Positions 9,408 through 19,407 of a stretch of 37,203 nucleotides of DNA are shown piece by piece (position 1 is the stretch's first letter; each line of letters begins with the position of its first letter). The stretch lies in IMG/VR virus record IMGVR_UViG_3300008120_000124. One strand, given 5' to 3'. The position numbers were made by a program, and so were the translations under genes. The DNA is from an uncultured virus (IMG/VR IMGVR_UViG_3300008120_000124). Its lineage: Duplodnaviria > Heunggongvirae > Uroviricota > Caudoviricetes. The notes under the pieces are model-generated. The model ran no database searches. It had not been told where the DNA came from and saw nothing but the letters and a program-made list of their open reading frames with translations.

Positions 9408-10847
9408 TTAACCAATTTCAGCCTCAAGGACTGATTTTCTTATTACCTCAAGGTTGTTCTCAATCTTAGGATCAAAAACACCCATAACACTTCTCGCCTC
9501 AGTTGTCCCATCAGACTGTGTTATTAGATCGTAGGTAAATTTATTATCAGGGGTTTTAGTTACTTTAGTATATAGATTGTATGCTAGAAAAGCATTTAGA
9601 TTAATTTTAGAAAGCTTCTTACCGTTTGTCATTGTTCGGTAATGCGTGATGCCATTGACATCGTATGGTTCACAGTGCGCCATAACGAATACGACAAGAT
9701 CGTCTCGCTTAATTTCGCGCATCATTTTGTAAAGATTCCACACTGAGGTCGCTAACAAGAACCCCCATATTTCTACGGGGCTTGGATCATATCTTCTTCG
9801 TTTATATATTTCTCAATAGATGTTTTCTTATAGTATTTTGGTTTTACTGGAATTACATTTCCTTGATATGTATAAAAAGCTCTGTAGTTTTTTACATGTC
9901 TTCCGTATGCGTTGTAAACAAATGCTGTTTTTGAAAAAGCTTTTCTCATTTTGTCTATGTGTTCTGGGCTTTTCTTTTTACCCGAAAGAGCTAAAGACTT
10001 TTTAATCTTTGTTTCCTCAGTTTGCTTTGTGCCTAAAACACCGCCTCCCCCATCAGTCATATTTAATAGTTTAAAGTTCTTATGTTTAAAGATTTTTATA
10101 AATCTTTTTTCTCACACATTTAAATCTACATCGCATATTAATGGGCGCATTATTATATCATATCCGTTATCTATTCTATTGTGCACTCACCTACTGACTT
10201 TAGTATTATGTCTTCTAGAGTCTTGCAAATGCTCTCTTAATCTTTTTGATAACGCGCATTCTGTTTTACCAATATATCTAATCCTATTATTAGAACTGTC
10301 TATTAAACAATATACACATTTACGAAGTCCTGCCATTTCGGGAATAAATAATTTCCCTACTCCCCTTCGGAGGGATGATCTCTGAACGTTCTCCTGTTCG
10401 GAGCTTCGCTGCTGATTGTCCAATTTTATTATTTTTTAACATTCAAGTTTGCCTATATTTCAAAGCTGCTTTGTAGTATAATAAACTCTAAGGAGTTTCC
10501 AGCAATTAGACAGGTACAGGACCTAGCTATTGATCCTTCCACTGATCTCTAGATGGATTCTCTAAGATCTCCATTTCTTCGGTGGTCATAATGGCGTTAA
10601 TAGTATCTATAACAATACAGTTAATATCTGGCTTGCTCTCTGAAATTGTTTTGATAAGTTTGTAGATAGTTGGTATATCTGTTGTCTTAGCATAATTCTT
10701 ATTCTCAGAATTATAATCTGACTTTCATCCTTTCCAAGATAGTCCCTTACCGTCTGCATCTATGTAATAAGTTTTCTTAGGGTCTAAGAATCTAGCGCCT
10801 GTTGTTTTTCCGGTAGCAGGCATTCCGGAGATTTGTACTAAGTTCAT
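9408..10847 (-). CDS. AAA_24/Sak4-like P-loop ATPase split by a group I intron (exon 1 10533..10847, exon 2 9408..9755), one TGA=Trp
   Basis: Exon 1: GMPATGKT (Walker A), GLSWKG[TGA 10725]KSDY, CIVIDT (Walker B), ...DQWKD. Exon 2: LATSVWNLY...VFVMAH. The spliced product is 220 aa with junction WKD|LA. Confidence 0.88.
9756..10532 (-). mobile_element. Group I self-splicing intron (777 nt)
   Basis: The 5' exon ends in U with P1 GGAU/GUCC (U-G wobble). IGS GCUAG pairs with 3' exon UUAGC (P10). Core elements: P AAUUGCUGGAAA, Q AAUCAGCAG, R GUUCAGAGAUCA, S AAGAUAUGAUC (P7 GAUCA/UGAUC). The terminal omega-G is at 9756. Confidence 0.93.
9773..10336 (-). CDS. Intron-encoded GIY-YIG homing endonuclease with NUMOD3-like repeats, 187 aa, one TGA=Trp
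   Basis: CVYCL...RYIGKT...RLREH...KVSR[TGA 10187]VHN...E...LLNMTDGG, followed by QTEETKIKKS/KSPEHIDKM repeats. It joins ORFs 10187..10423 and 9773..10060, and its 3' end runs into the intron core. Confidence 0.88.
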
Positions 10848-11824
10848 TATAGTTCTACTTCTTCTAGTTTAGAAAATTTAAAGTCTTCGGCTAATGCTAT
10901 AATCCCCGGCTTACCAAATCTTTCCTTAATAATATGCCAGTAAATCATGTCTCTTGTTTCATCCCCCGGATACTTTAGTGGTAATCCTTTGGGGTGGTTT
11001 TTTCTTGGGGGACCGTAACCTTCTTTTATTCCAGATACGGTTGATGGTCTATGTGTTATTATAACGTAATCTGATGTGTGATATATTGATGAGGCAGCAA
11101 AGATATCATTTCTATTTGGGAAGTGATACAAAGGGTTGTCTACCCTATCCATTTTTTCAATCTCTCTATTTAACTGACCTAGACAAATGATCAAACATTT
11201 AAGGCCAATATGCGCAAAGTATTTCTTCACATCATTCAACATCTCCATTAGAGAGTCTACTGTTGCTTTCTCTTGTTCTCCCGTCTTTCCTTTAGTCAAT
11301 AGAACGTGGTCAATAGTAACAACCAAACCATAGTTTTTGTTTAATAAATCTCTCTCTTGCGCAAAGGTAAGAATAGTTTTTTGTATCTGCTCAGAAGTAC
11401 CAGCATTATCTACATAGAATATAGGAGATTTCTTTCTTTCGTCAAGTACATTCTTGATAGCTTCATACTCTATATCTTCTAAAGGAGTATTTGCTGAATA
11501 AATATCTTTAAGAGTTTTGTTTCTTACAGACGCTAGATACCTAGCTATCTGATCCTCTACTAACATCTCAAAGTCAAACGATAAAATCTCAAATTTAGTT
11601 TCGTTAAGGTCTAAGAAATCTTTTTTAAATTGTTCTAGTATAGTAGATTTACCTGCTCCTGACTGACCTGCAATAGTCATTATTCTACCCCAGTCAATGC
11701 CCGCCATTAGAGCTTTGTTTAGTTTTTTAAAGGAAGTTTTAAGCGACACAATTTCGCCCTTTCTCCTCTTGTCTATATAGTTAAGGGCCGAATCAACCCC
11801 ATAGGATATGTGTCTATATTCCAT
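10847..11824 (-). CDS. dnaB: DnaB-like replicative helicase (SF4)
   Basis: IAGQSGAGKS, FEM, VTIDHVLL, GQLNREIE and IIKERFG motifs. No internal TGA. Confidence 0.92.
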   Translation of the reverse strand: MEYRHISYGVDSALNYIDKRRKGEIVSLKTSFKKLNKALMAGIDWGRIMTIAGQSGAGKSTILEQFKKDFLDLNETKFEILSFDFEMLVEDQIARYLASVRNKTLKDIYSANTPLEDIEYEAIKNVLDERKKSPIFYVDNAGTSEQIQKTILTFAQERDLLNKNYGLVVTIDHVLLTKGKTGEQEKATVDSLMEMLNDVKKYFAHIGLKCLIICLGQLNREIEKMDRVDNPLYHFPNRNDIFAASSIYHTSDYVIITHRPSTVSGIKEGYGPPRKNHPKGLPLKYPGDETRDMIYWHIIKERFGKPGIIALAEDFKFSKLEEVEL

Positions 11825-12387
11825 TATAATAAGTCGTCGTCTGAAACTATTTTTTGTTGTTCAAAAGAAACATTGTTGTACTCTTCGTTAGCTAGCCAGT
11901 TATAAGAAGCCTTCATATACTTAAAAGGATTCTCTAGTGGAGACGAAGCTTTCTTATTAGCAATCTCTGTCTCTATTGATTTTTGTAGATACTCTTCAGT
12001 TACATTATTTAAAGCTTTTAGATACTGGACAAACGTCTCTTTCTTATTCACCCTTAGCTTTCTACTTTCTTGAAACCTATCCCACTTATCTGAAGCAGGA
12101 AAAGTTTTCCAGAATTTCTCAAACCCAGAGGTATACTTTAGGTCTGAATCGAAATCTTCTTTAAGGTAGTTCAAAAGAAACGCTTGCCCAGTATTGGACA
12201 ACTGGATCTTGTTTGTAGCGTCTATCTGAATTAGGTCCATTTTTTTGAGTAAACTCAGATCTTGCTCTGGAACTTCTTGAGGGTAGTTCCTCTGGCTTGT
12301 ATAGATAAGATACATCTCCACTAAACACCTTATTGGAAACTTCATCGAATCTAAGGCACTCACAGTATTTGAAGTTAATAGCAACAT
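11824..12387 (-). CDS. Putative replication initiator / replisome organizer
   Basis: FEKFWKTFP and YMKASYNWL motifs, directly upstream of DnaB with a TAATG overlap. The start may be downstream at MKFPIR. Confidence 0.6.
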   Translation of the reverse strand: MLLLTSNTVSALDSMKFPIRCLVEMYLIYTSQRNYPQEVPEQDLSLLKKMDLIQIDATNKIQLSNTGQAFLLNYLKEDFDSDLKYTSGFEKFWKTFPASDKWDRFQESRKLRVNKKETFVQYLKALNNVTEEYLQKSIETEIANKKASSPLENPFKYMKASYNWLANEEYNNVSFEQQKIVSDDDLL

Positions 12388-12685
12388 TTATATATTTTAA
12401 ATGAAAGTCATCGTATTCGAAGTGACCATACTTGCCTATAGACTTAAATTCTGAAGAGACAAAGAAGGACACTATTTGTTTAAAGAAATAAATACCATGT
12501 TCAACGGTATCAGTTACATATTTATATCTTAGAGATGTGAGTAGAATAAATCTTCTGCCCTTACTCTTTTGGAAGCTTATGTGAAAGGTAAACACTTCTG
12601 GAGCGCCTAAACCTTTATAGGAATATATTTGAAGATAGAAATCGTCGTATTCCTCCGTGTGAAGCAATCTCATTTTATTTTTCAT
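12161..12685 (-). CDS. Hypothetical protein
   Basis: ATG ORF coupled to the upstream gene, with a long 3' overlap into the next gene. Confidence 0.55.
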   Translation of the reverse strand: MKNKMRLLHTEEYDDFYLQIYSYKGLGAPEVFTFHISFQKSKGRRFILLTSLRYKYVTDTVEHGIYFFKQIVSFFVSSEFKSIGKYGHFEYDDFHLKYINVAINFKYCECLRFDEVSNKVFSGDVSYLYKPEELPSRSSRARSEFTQKNGPNSDRRYKQDPVVQYWASVSFELP

Positions 12686-12980
12686 AAAAAAGACTGTTAA
12701 TGTAGTTAGAGTCTTCTAGCTCTTTATAGAAGAGTAGCTTTATTGCACCTTCTTTAAAAGCAAGTTGAATGCCTTCATCTAGAGTAGACATAAAGGAAGA
12801 ATTCCAAGTAGTTTGGTTAACAGTAATTTCTTCGGCAACTCTCTCGTCATTTCTTACGACAATAGAAGCTTTAAATTTAGATTTTATTTTGTCCTCTTCA
12901 GTGTAACTATTTAGCTCTATATAAAGATTTAAAAACCCATGAGTAGTCTCGTAGTACATTTGAATGATTCTATGCGCCAT
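12675..12980 (-). CDS. Hypothetical protein
   Basis: 101-aa ORF in a tightly packed operon. Confidence 0.65.
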   Translation of the reverse strand: MAHRIIQMYYETTHGFLNLYIELNSYTEEDKIKSKFKASIVVRNDERVAEEITVNQTTWNSSFMSTLDEGIQLAFKEGAIKLLFYKELEDSNYINSLFYEK

Positions 12981-13266
12981 ACCAGTATATTAAAGCTTTT
13001 TCTAACGCCTCTACAAAAGTAACAAAAGGACCGAAGCTCTTTCTTATACGGTGTTGAGATCTGCGATACTTGTAGCTTACCGAGGAGCCGTAAGATATGC
13101 GTTTTGTAGATTTTGTTTTATAAACTATTAGAACAGCTTCCATTCTGGATTTGTCAGGACTCCTACTGGAGGTGTCCTCTAAGTCAATCGTAGCCAAAAT
13201 ATTTTGATTATCGGATTTCATCTTCATTACCATAGGCACTGTAAAAGTCTGATACTCTAGTATCAA
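12970..13266 (-). CDS. Hypothetical protein
   Basis: ORF in a packed operon. The start is uncertain and may be an internal ATG. Confidence 0.55.
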   Translation of the reverse strand: MILEYQTFTVPMVMKMKSDNQNILATIDLEDTSSRSPDKSRMEAVLIVYKTKSTKRISYGSSVSYKYRRSQHRIRKSFGPFVTFVEALEKALIYWYGA

Positions 13267-13441
13267 AAGATTCCAAGAACGTCCAAATATTTGACATTCT
13301 GTTTGACGTTGTCTTTGTTATTAGTTTGCCATTTTTGTCGATAGTAGAGATATAGTAGAATTGTTCACCATTAGTAAAGAGCTTAATGACAAGTCTATAC
13401 GCGTTAGAATGGTGCTCATATTCCTCTATTAATACCTCCAT
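13208..13441 (-). CDS. Hypothetical protein
   Basis: TAATG overlap with the upstream gene. Confidence 0.65.
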   Translation of the reverse strand: MEVLIEEYEHHSNAYRLVIKLFTNGEQFYYISTIDKNGKLITKTTSNRMSNIWTFLESFDTRVSDFYSAYGNEDEIR

Positions 13442-14595
13442 TAGTATAGTGTAAGTTGTTCATTTTCTTCAGCTAATAAAAACTTTAAAACTTCTTCTGC
13501 ATTTAAAGAGGTATCGAAGTTTAGGAACTTGCCTTTAGTAGTAACTCTCTTAATGTAGAATTTATCGTTTATATTAAAGATTCTAGTAATTATGTCGTCT
13601 TTTACTAAGACGTTTATAGGAGCAGTCTCTCTGAAGACACAATCGTCGCAAATAAACTTTAAGTTAGTTTCTGTGTGCTTGTTTATAACTTCCTCAGGAT
13701 GCATTGTTAAATCAATAGCTACTGGAGAAGAGCAGTAAGAACAATTAACATCTACGAATCTTTGTATTTTATGGAACTCGTCTCTAACTATATTTGAGTA
13801 AGGAACCATTAGGTTTTCCCCCTCATACATGAGCTTATCGTCTGATTGTAGATTATTATAACAACATTCTGGGCACATATGTTTCCCAAAAGTTTGAGAA
13901 GCATTGCGACTATCTACCTCGCTATTATTTACAAAATATTGATCGCCACATCTTTTGCATATATCTATACCTGAGAAAGTTAGTAGGTGAGCAATGTATG
14001 TATCACTTAGCTTAGAAGTCATGACTAGATCACAAGATCTGCAGACTTTTACTTGTCCGCCGTCAAGATGATACATCTCCATACCAACAGGTATAAAGTA
14101 CTCTACAAACAACTTCTTTTGTGGATCTATTTGTTCGTTCTTTGCTGCCCCTAGATGAACTTGACAAAACAAGCAGCAGTCTGGGGTAATCCTAAAAGGC
14201 TCTTTATCTGGGTTTAAGTGGTTATAGAATTTATGAGTGTCATTAGGAAAACTTGCCTCATGCACAACCCCGTCTATTCTTTGTATGGCTTTAACTCCAG
14301 CTCTAACAGAGAACTCTTCAAACATATCCTCCATGTTTTTATCAGAAGATTTCTTCTCTATCTCCTCGTTGCACATATCACAAGAGTATGTATTAAGAAG
14401 AATGCTCAGAGGCTCGCTTATTTTCTTTCTATAAAATATTGTGTTGTTATTATGTTCAGCCAAACAAAAAGGGCAAAAGTCTTCCAAAGAAGCTCCCCTG
14501 ACATGTTTACCTATGTTCGGGGGAAGGAAGACTCTGTTGCTTCGGATAAACTTAGTAATGCTTGTTTCGGAAGGTCGTACACCGTGCTTGCTCAT
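13441..14595 (-). CDS. Multi zinc-ribbon (CxxC-rich) protein
   Basis: CPFC, CDMC, CLFC, CRSC, CKRC, CPEC, CSYC and CDDC pairs. Confidence 0.75.
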   Translation of the reverse strand: MSKHGVRPSETSITKFIRSNRVFLPPNIGKHVRGASLEDFCPFCLAEHNNNTIFYRKKISEPLSILLNTYSCDMCNEEIEKKSSDKNMEDMFEEFSVRAGVKAIQRIDGVVHEASFPNDTHKFYNHLNPDKEPFRITPDCCLFCQVHLGAAKNEQIDPQKKLFVEYFIPVGMEMYHLDGGQVKVCRSCDLVMTSKLSDTYIAHLLTFSGIDICKRCGDQYFVNNSEVDSRNASQTFGKHMCPECCYNNLQSDDKLMYEGENLMVPYSNIVRDEFHKIQRFVDVNCSYCSSPVAIDLTMHPEEVINKHTETNLKFICDDCVFRETAPINVLVKDDIITRIFNINDKFYIKRVTTKGKFLNFDTSLNAEEVLKFLLAEENEQLTLY

Positions 14596-15737
14596 CTGCT
14601 TTTTAATCCGCTTGATTTAAGTTTCTTTTCTACCCAAGTTTTCTCAACCGTACCTTCTGTGTACAGATTAATAAACACGGGCTTTTTTCCTTTTTCAGGA
14701 CGTATGATTCGCCCTAACTGCTGGGAATTTGTTAACTCTGTAGATACGCCAGCAGCACAAATAGCTGCTTCTACCTGCGAGACATTTAATCCCTCGTTTA
14801 AAGCGTCAACTGCTATAAGAATATTAAACTGATTTTGTTCAAATGCTATTAAGTTTAATTCTCTTTCTATTGGTTTTAGTTTTGAGTGGTATATAGCAGT
14901 GTTACCTCCTAAATACTCTTGCAAACTTTTAGCAAATGCAATGGACTTAGTGAAGATTATCCACTTGCGACTCATCCCCATGTGGTTTAGTATATCTCGA
15001 ATTGCTTTTAGCTTCGCTGGATTAGAATAAACTAACTGCTTTCGCATAGTCATCCCAGCCCAATAAGATTTACATAATCCTTGTGTCTCCTTATCAAAAG
15101 AAGCCCACTGAGCAGCTTGAGCTAACTCAAAAACATTTTTGTATTTTGATTTCAGTTTAGGATTATCCATTAGAACTCTAGTAAGTTTTATCATTGACTG
15201 CGTAAACTTATTGTCAAAGAGTTTGTACTTACCAGATATAGTTTTGTGTAGAGGTACTGAAAAGTTATATATCTCAAACTGAGGAACCATCTCATCCTTT
15301 AAAGCATCTTTTAGCTTCTTCTCATAAATTACTGGACAAGTTTTAGCTAAGAACTCTACATACTCTGCTTCTTCTGGAAGTGTGGCTGTTAAGCACATTA
15401 AATGCTTAGCTTTTATGCCGCTAAATACTTCCCTATATTTAGGTGATAAAGATCTATGAACCTCATCTATTATAACTAAGTCGTAATATCCTTTATGCTT
15501 GTAGGCAGATTGGATACACATAAACTTTATATTAGTTCCTGTCATAACCTCTTTCCATTGATTTAGAATGGGCAGGCGGGAGGTGACCACTAATGTTCTG
15601 GGCTTGCCTAAATCTTGGTAAGCCATTAAGCCGCATCGTGTTTTCCCCCCGCCCGTATATATCAACAGGGTACCCCATCCATTGTTTTGTTTTCAGGAGG
15701 CAACTGCTTCCTCCTGCATTTGAGTTCTTTTATCCAT
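14592..15737 (-). CDS. SF2 (XPB/UvsW-like) DNA helicase, one TGA=Trp near the N-terminus
   Basis: ATG at 15737 gives MDKRTQMQEEAVAS[TGA 15693]KQNNGWGTLLIYTGGGKT. It also has DEVH, LTAT and QQLGRIIR. The terminal TGA at 14592 may be read through to TAG 14511. Confidence 0.9.
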
Positions 15738-16437
15738 TAGATGATTGGCATTTAGAACACCAGCCCCTTGAGTCCATAGAGTTGGAAAGCTCTCTACAAG
15801 AGGTACACACACCTCGATGAATGTTTTCTTTACAAGGTATGCAGAAGGTGTCGTATATAGATATTGGTTTGAAGTGCGTTTGACAGCCGTGACACAGCTT
15901 GTCCTTACGCAAATTTATAGGTTTGCTTGCACAATTGGGACATACCTTTTGCTTCTTGTGAATTACTTCTCCACAACCGCATCTTTTTAGGTTACCCCAG
16001 TCGTTGTTTTGCGCATTAGCCGCCGAATTTATTATATGGCAGCTTAAGCAGGTTTCATCACCGTCTAAGTGCGTAACGCGTTTGCATTGTATACACACAC
16101 CAGTGGCGTATTGTGGATCAGGTTTAAAGTCTTTACCGTAAGCACACTGTATACATTCAGTAGTACCTTCAGCATATTCTTCAACGATTGAAGCACATCT
16201 TTTGCATATTGGGGATATTTTATTTGCAGTAATGCAACTATCGCAAATGTTTAGAGTACGTAAAGAGAGTTTTGAATTGCCTCTATTACATTTCTCACAT
16301 ATCCCCGCAGCGTCTAGCCACCTAACCTCGAAGCAGCTTCTACAATCGCCATGGTAAAAATCTTTCCACGGATTAGTTGTATTGGCGTACACCGATTTTA
16401 CTTTAGTGTTGTTACAATAGTCACACGTTACGCCCGT
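15730..16437 (-). CDS. Cys-rich multi zinc-finger domain, probably reached by -1 frameshift from the upstream membrane protein
   Basis: Many CxxC pairs. The frame stays open upstream of GTG 16392 with an extra CDYC but no ATG, and it is the -1 frame at A AAA AAC (16446-16440). Confidence 0.7.
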   Translation of the reverse strand, partial: TGVTCDYCNNTKVKSVYANTTNPWKDFYHGDCRSCFEVRWLDAAGICEKCNRGNSKLSLRTLNICDSCITANKISPICKRCASIVEEYAEGTTECIQCAYGKDFKPDPQYATGVCIQCKRVTHLDGDETCLSCHIINSAANAQNNDWGNLKRCGCGEVIHKKQKVCPNCASKPINLRKDKLCHGCQTHFKPISIYDTFCIPCKENIHRGVCTSCRELSNSMDSRGWCSKCQSSNG

Positions 16438-17522
16438 TAGTTTTTTGGTAAGGTGAAACTGCCGTTAGTCAGGCCCTTTACGAGGTCATGAATCTCATCC
16501 TTAATAGGTTGAGTGTTTTGTTTGTTCTTCTCTGCCTCACGATACTTGTGAATGAAGTTCATAAGGTCAGCGACTTTCTTCACTGAACCAGCATCAGCCT
16601 GTTTGTAGATGTAAGGAACAAGTTTCTGAGCTGTATCGTCAATCCTCTTTGGATCGGTCATACCGTGAATTTTGAGAAGCTCTTGTACCTTGTCCTTAAC
16701 TTTGGTAGCATCAATGTTTTCCTCTTTCTTCTCCTCTTTCTTTTCTTCCTTCTTCTCTTCCTTCTTTTCCTCTTTCTTCTCATCCTTTACAGGGGGAACA
16801 TTGAAGAACTCGCCGAGAATTGCGTGCTGAATGCCGTCATTCTTAATGGCAAGGGTCAGAGTCACAAGAACCTCCCACAAAGTTATCAGCAGGTGAGTTG
16901 TGCTCAAGGCAAGACTGGTTACTACGCCGGAGTGCAAATTCTGAAACGGGGAGTAGTCTAATGGAAGATGGTGTTTAGAAAGTAGGAAAGTGAGGTGATT
17001 AGGATGGTCTATACCCAGCATTACCCACAAAGATGTGAGAAATATTTCAAGCTCTGCAGTTTGCTTTAGCGAGTGTGCCATTGCGTGCAGATTGAATATT
17101 GGAGAACCGATGGTAAAGAATAGCGATATCAAAGCCAGCATAGAGCTGCCTAAGAACAAGCCGATCTTTTTAGGCATCGGTTCTTTAATGAAGAAAACGC
17201 TGATGACCGAACCTAAGTATTTTGTCATAACAAACGCACCCAAACCGCCGACAACAGCTAGGAACATGTGAACTGTCATACGAGCAGTTACATTGATGTC
17301 TTTGTCTTGGATAGAAGCAAGCAAAGCTGCCTCTGAGATCATAGCGATTAATTGCAGGGTTATGAAAACCGTTAGGGGATAGGTTATAAAGAATTTTATA
17401 AGAACTGCGCCCGGTTCCAGATTTTTATTCTGGGGGTCTTTTTTGGCTCTATAGAAGAAAAAGCCAAGTGCTGCCGCCATCGAAAGAATGGTGACGACAA
17501 AAAACGTTGTTGCTTCTTGCAT
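16437..17522 (-). CDS. Multi-pass membrane protein with KKEE repeat linker
   Basis: About five hydrophobic segments, followed by a charged linker. Confidence 0.8.
   Translation of the reverse strand: MQEATTFFVVTILSMAAALGFFFYRAKKDPQNKNLEPGAVLIKFFITYPLTVFITLQLIAMISEAALLASIQDKDINVTARMTVHMFLAVVGGLGAFVMTKYLGSVISVFFIKEPMPKKIGLFLGSSMLALISLFFTIGSPIFNLHAMAHSLKQTAELEIFLTSLWVMLGIDHPNHLTFLLSKHHLPLDYSPFQNLHSGVVTSLALSTTHLLITLWEVLVTLTLAIKNDGIQHAILGEFFNVPPVKDEKKEEKKEEKKEEKKEEKKEENIDATKVKDKVQELLKIHGMTDPKRIDDTAQKLVPYIYKQADAGSVKKVADLMNFIHKYREAEKNKQNTQPIKDEIHDLVKGLTNGSFTLPKN
16720..16782 (-). repeat. Imperfect 12-nt tandem repeat encoding (KKEE)x5
   Basis: Visible in both the DNA and the translation DEKKEEKKEEKKEEKKEEKKEE. 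Confidence 0.85.
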
Positions 17523-17526
17523 GGTC

Positions 17527-19407
17527 TTACTTTTCCCACTGCGAAGATACGTGAGCTTCTGCAGGGACTGTTAAATGATTCAGGAATTTCTGCGACGATT
17601 GTAATCCGATCTTCTCAACGAGTTTAGCAATAGTGTTTGCTTTGTCTTTCTCACATTCTATTACTACCTCATCATGTACGAATAACACCAGATTAAACGG
17701 TATTTTTTTAGACTTCTCTCTGAGTTCTATACAAGTGGCTTTTGCTATGTCAGCAGCGGTAGCTTGGACAGGCAAGTTTTGTGACCATCTTTGTATTTTA
17801 GAATCCCAAGTTTTATATGCTGATGCAATAGTAGGATGAGGATCCCAACCCATTGCTTTAAAGTAGTTATAATGTTTCTTAGCTTCTAAGTATTCATTAT
17901 AAAACGGTATATAACTTCTTCTTTTTGATACTTCATTACACACAACATATCCTCTTTCCCTTGTGAGATTGCCCATCTCTATAAAGTAAGGATTAAGTTT
18001 TGGGAAAGCAGTATAAACTTTATTTAATAGTTCCTTTCCTTTCTGTAAAGTAACTCCAGCACCTTCTGATACTTTCTTAGCTCCGGCACCAAAAGCAATT
18101 GCGAAGTTAATAGTCTTTGCTAACTGTCTTTCTTCAGATCCTTTAGTTAGATTAGGATTGTCAAAAGCTAGTTTAGCAGTCTCTAAATGGTAATCACCAT
18201 TGTTTATAAAGATGTTAATAAAGTTCTCGTCATTAGACTTATCAGCAAGTATCCTTGCTTCTATATTAGAGAAGTCTGCACCTACAAAGGTGTTACCTTC
18301 TTCAGCTTGAAATGCTGATCGGTATATAGATCCTCGTTTTATATTCTGGCAATTAGGGTTAGTAGAAGAAGTTCTTCCAGTTCTCATAATTTGCATATAA
18401 GAAGAGTGAACTCTTTGAGAAGTTGGGTTGACGTGCCTTAAAAACTTTTCACCATAGGTAGATGATTCCTTTTGGGAAAGCTTATAGTCAAGATAAGTCT
18501 TCAGAATACCAGCCTTAGCTGTTTGCTTCTTTAAGACTTCACGAGATACAGACTCCTTTATCTCACCTGTTTTCTTGTCTATAATCGACACGTCAACACC
18601 AAGCTCTTTGAGTACAGGTAAAACCTGTTTGTGGGAGTTTCAGTTTAGTTGTTGATACTCCTCCAGTTTCTTTCGCAATTCTTCGGTTTGTTGTAGTGTG
18701 TTGCGATAATTCTCTAACCACTGTTTTTGGTTGAGATATACACCACTCAATTCCATATCAGCAAGAACTTTCACGAAGTTGAACTCTAGCTCTGCTGTTG
18801 ACTCAAGCTCATTTTTCTCAAGCTGAATCTTCTGTTTCTCATACAAGAGATATGCAACCGAAACGTCAAGAGCTCCATAATAGAGCTGCTCTAACTCAAA
18901 CGGTTTATCTCCTATACTAGAAAAAGAACTCCTTATCTTTTTGGTAACTGCTGGAATAAATAAGTTACCTTGATTGGAGTAGTAATGATACCCTGTGTAG
19001 CGTCTAGCGGTTTGCTCTAGGGTAAAATGTCCCTTCTCCTCATCCATCCCACACTCCAGTATTTGTGCTGCAAGCATGGTATCGAATAGATCTTCAAGCT
19101 CAATCCCATAGTTAGTCTTTATAACTTGGTAGTCGAACTTAATATTATGACCTATGATCTTTTTCTTGGATAATTCTTTGAGGAGTTTAGTGGGGTCCGC
19201 TTTCCTTGTGTCTATAATGTACTGAACTTCTTTGTTACCAAACTGCAGCATGACAATTCTTCTATCAAAGATATTATCAAAATCTCCAGTTACCTCTGTA
19301 TCTAAAGCTATTATGTCTCAGGACTTGATCTCTTTGGTGAGTTCTTTACCTGACGTAGGTTGTATCTGTCCGTGTTGGACTCGAAACATAGATTGTTGTA
19401 TATCCAT
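17527..19407 (-). CDS. polA: Family A DNA polymerase with 3'-5' exonuclease, about 626 aa, two TGA=Trp
   Basis: TGA 19318 precedes ExoI IALDTE. ExoII GHNIKFD and ExoIII YGALD are present. QLN[TGA 18640]NSHKQV matches the N(W/L)xSxxQ thumb motif. It also has TGRTSSTNPN, motif A ADFSNIEARI, motif B RQLAKTINFAIAFG and motif C VHDE. The start is 19407 or 19389. Confidence 0.93.

Noticed and set aside
4369..19407. Fragmented polA, primase and nucleases as pseudogenes of a decaying prophage
   Set aside because: Every break is TGA, in frame, and often at a conserved Trp. There are no TAA/TAG breaks or indels, and catalytic motifs are intact.
4369..19407. TGA as Gly (code 25) or selenocysteine
   Set aside because: Motif context calls for Trp (NWNS, WKGW, RWK). 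The sites are not Cys or Gly positions, and I saw no common downstream SECIS-like hairpin.
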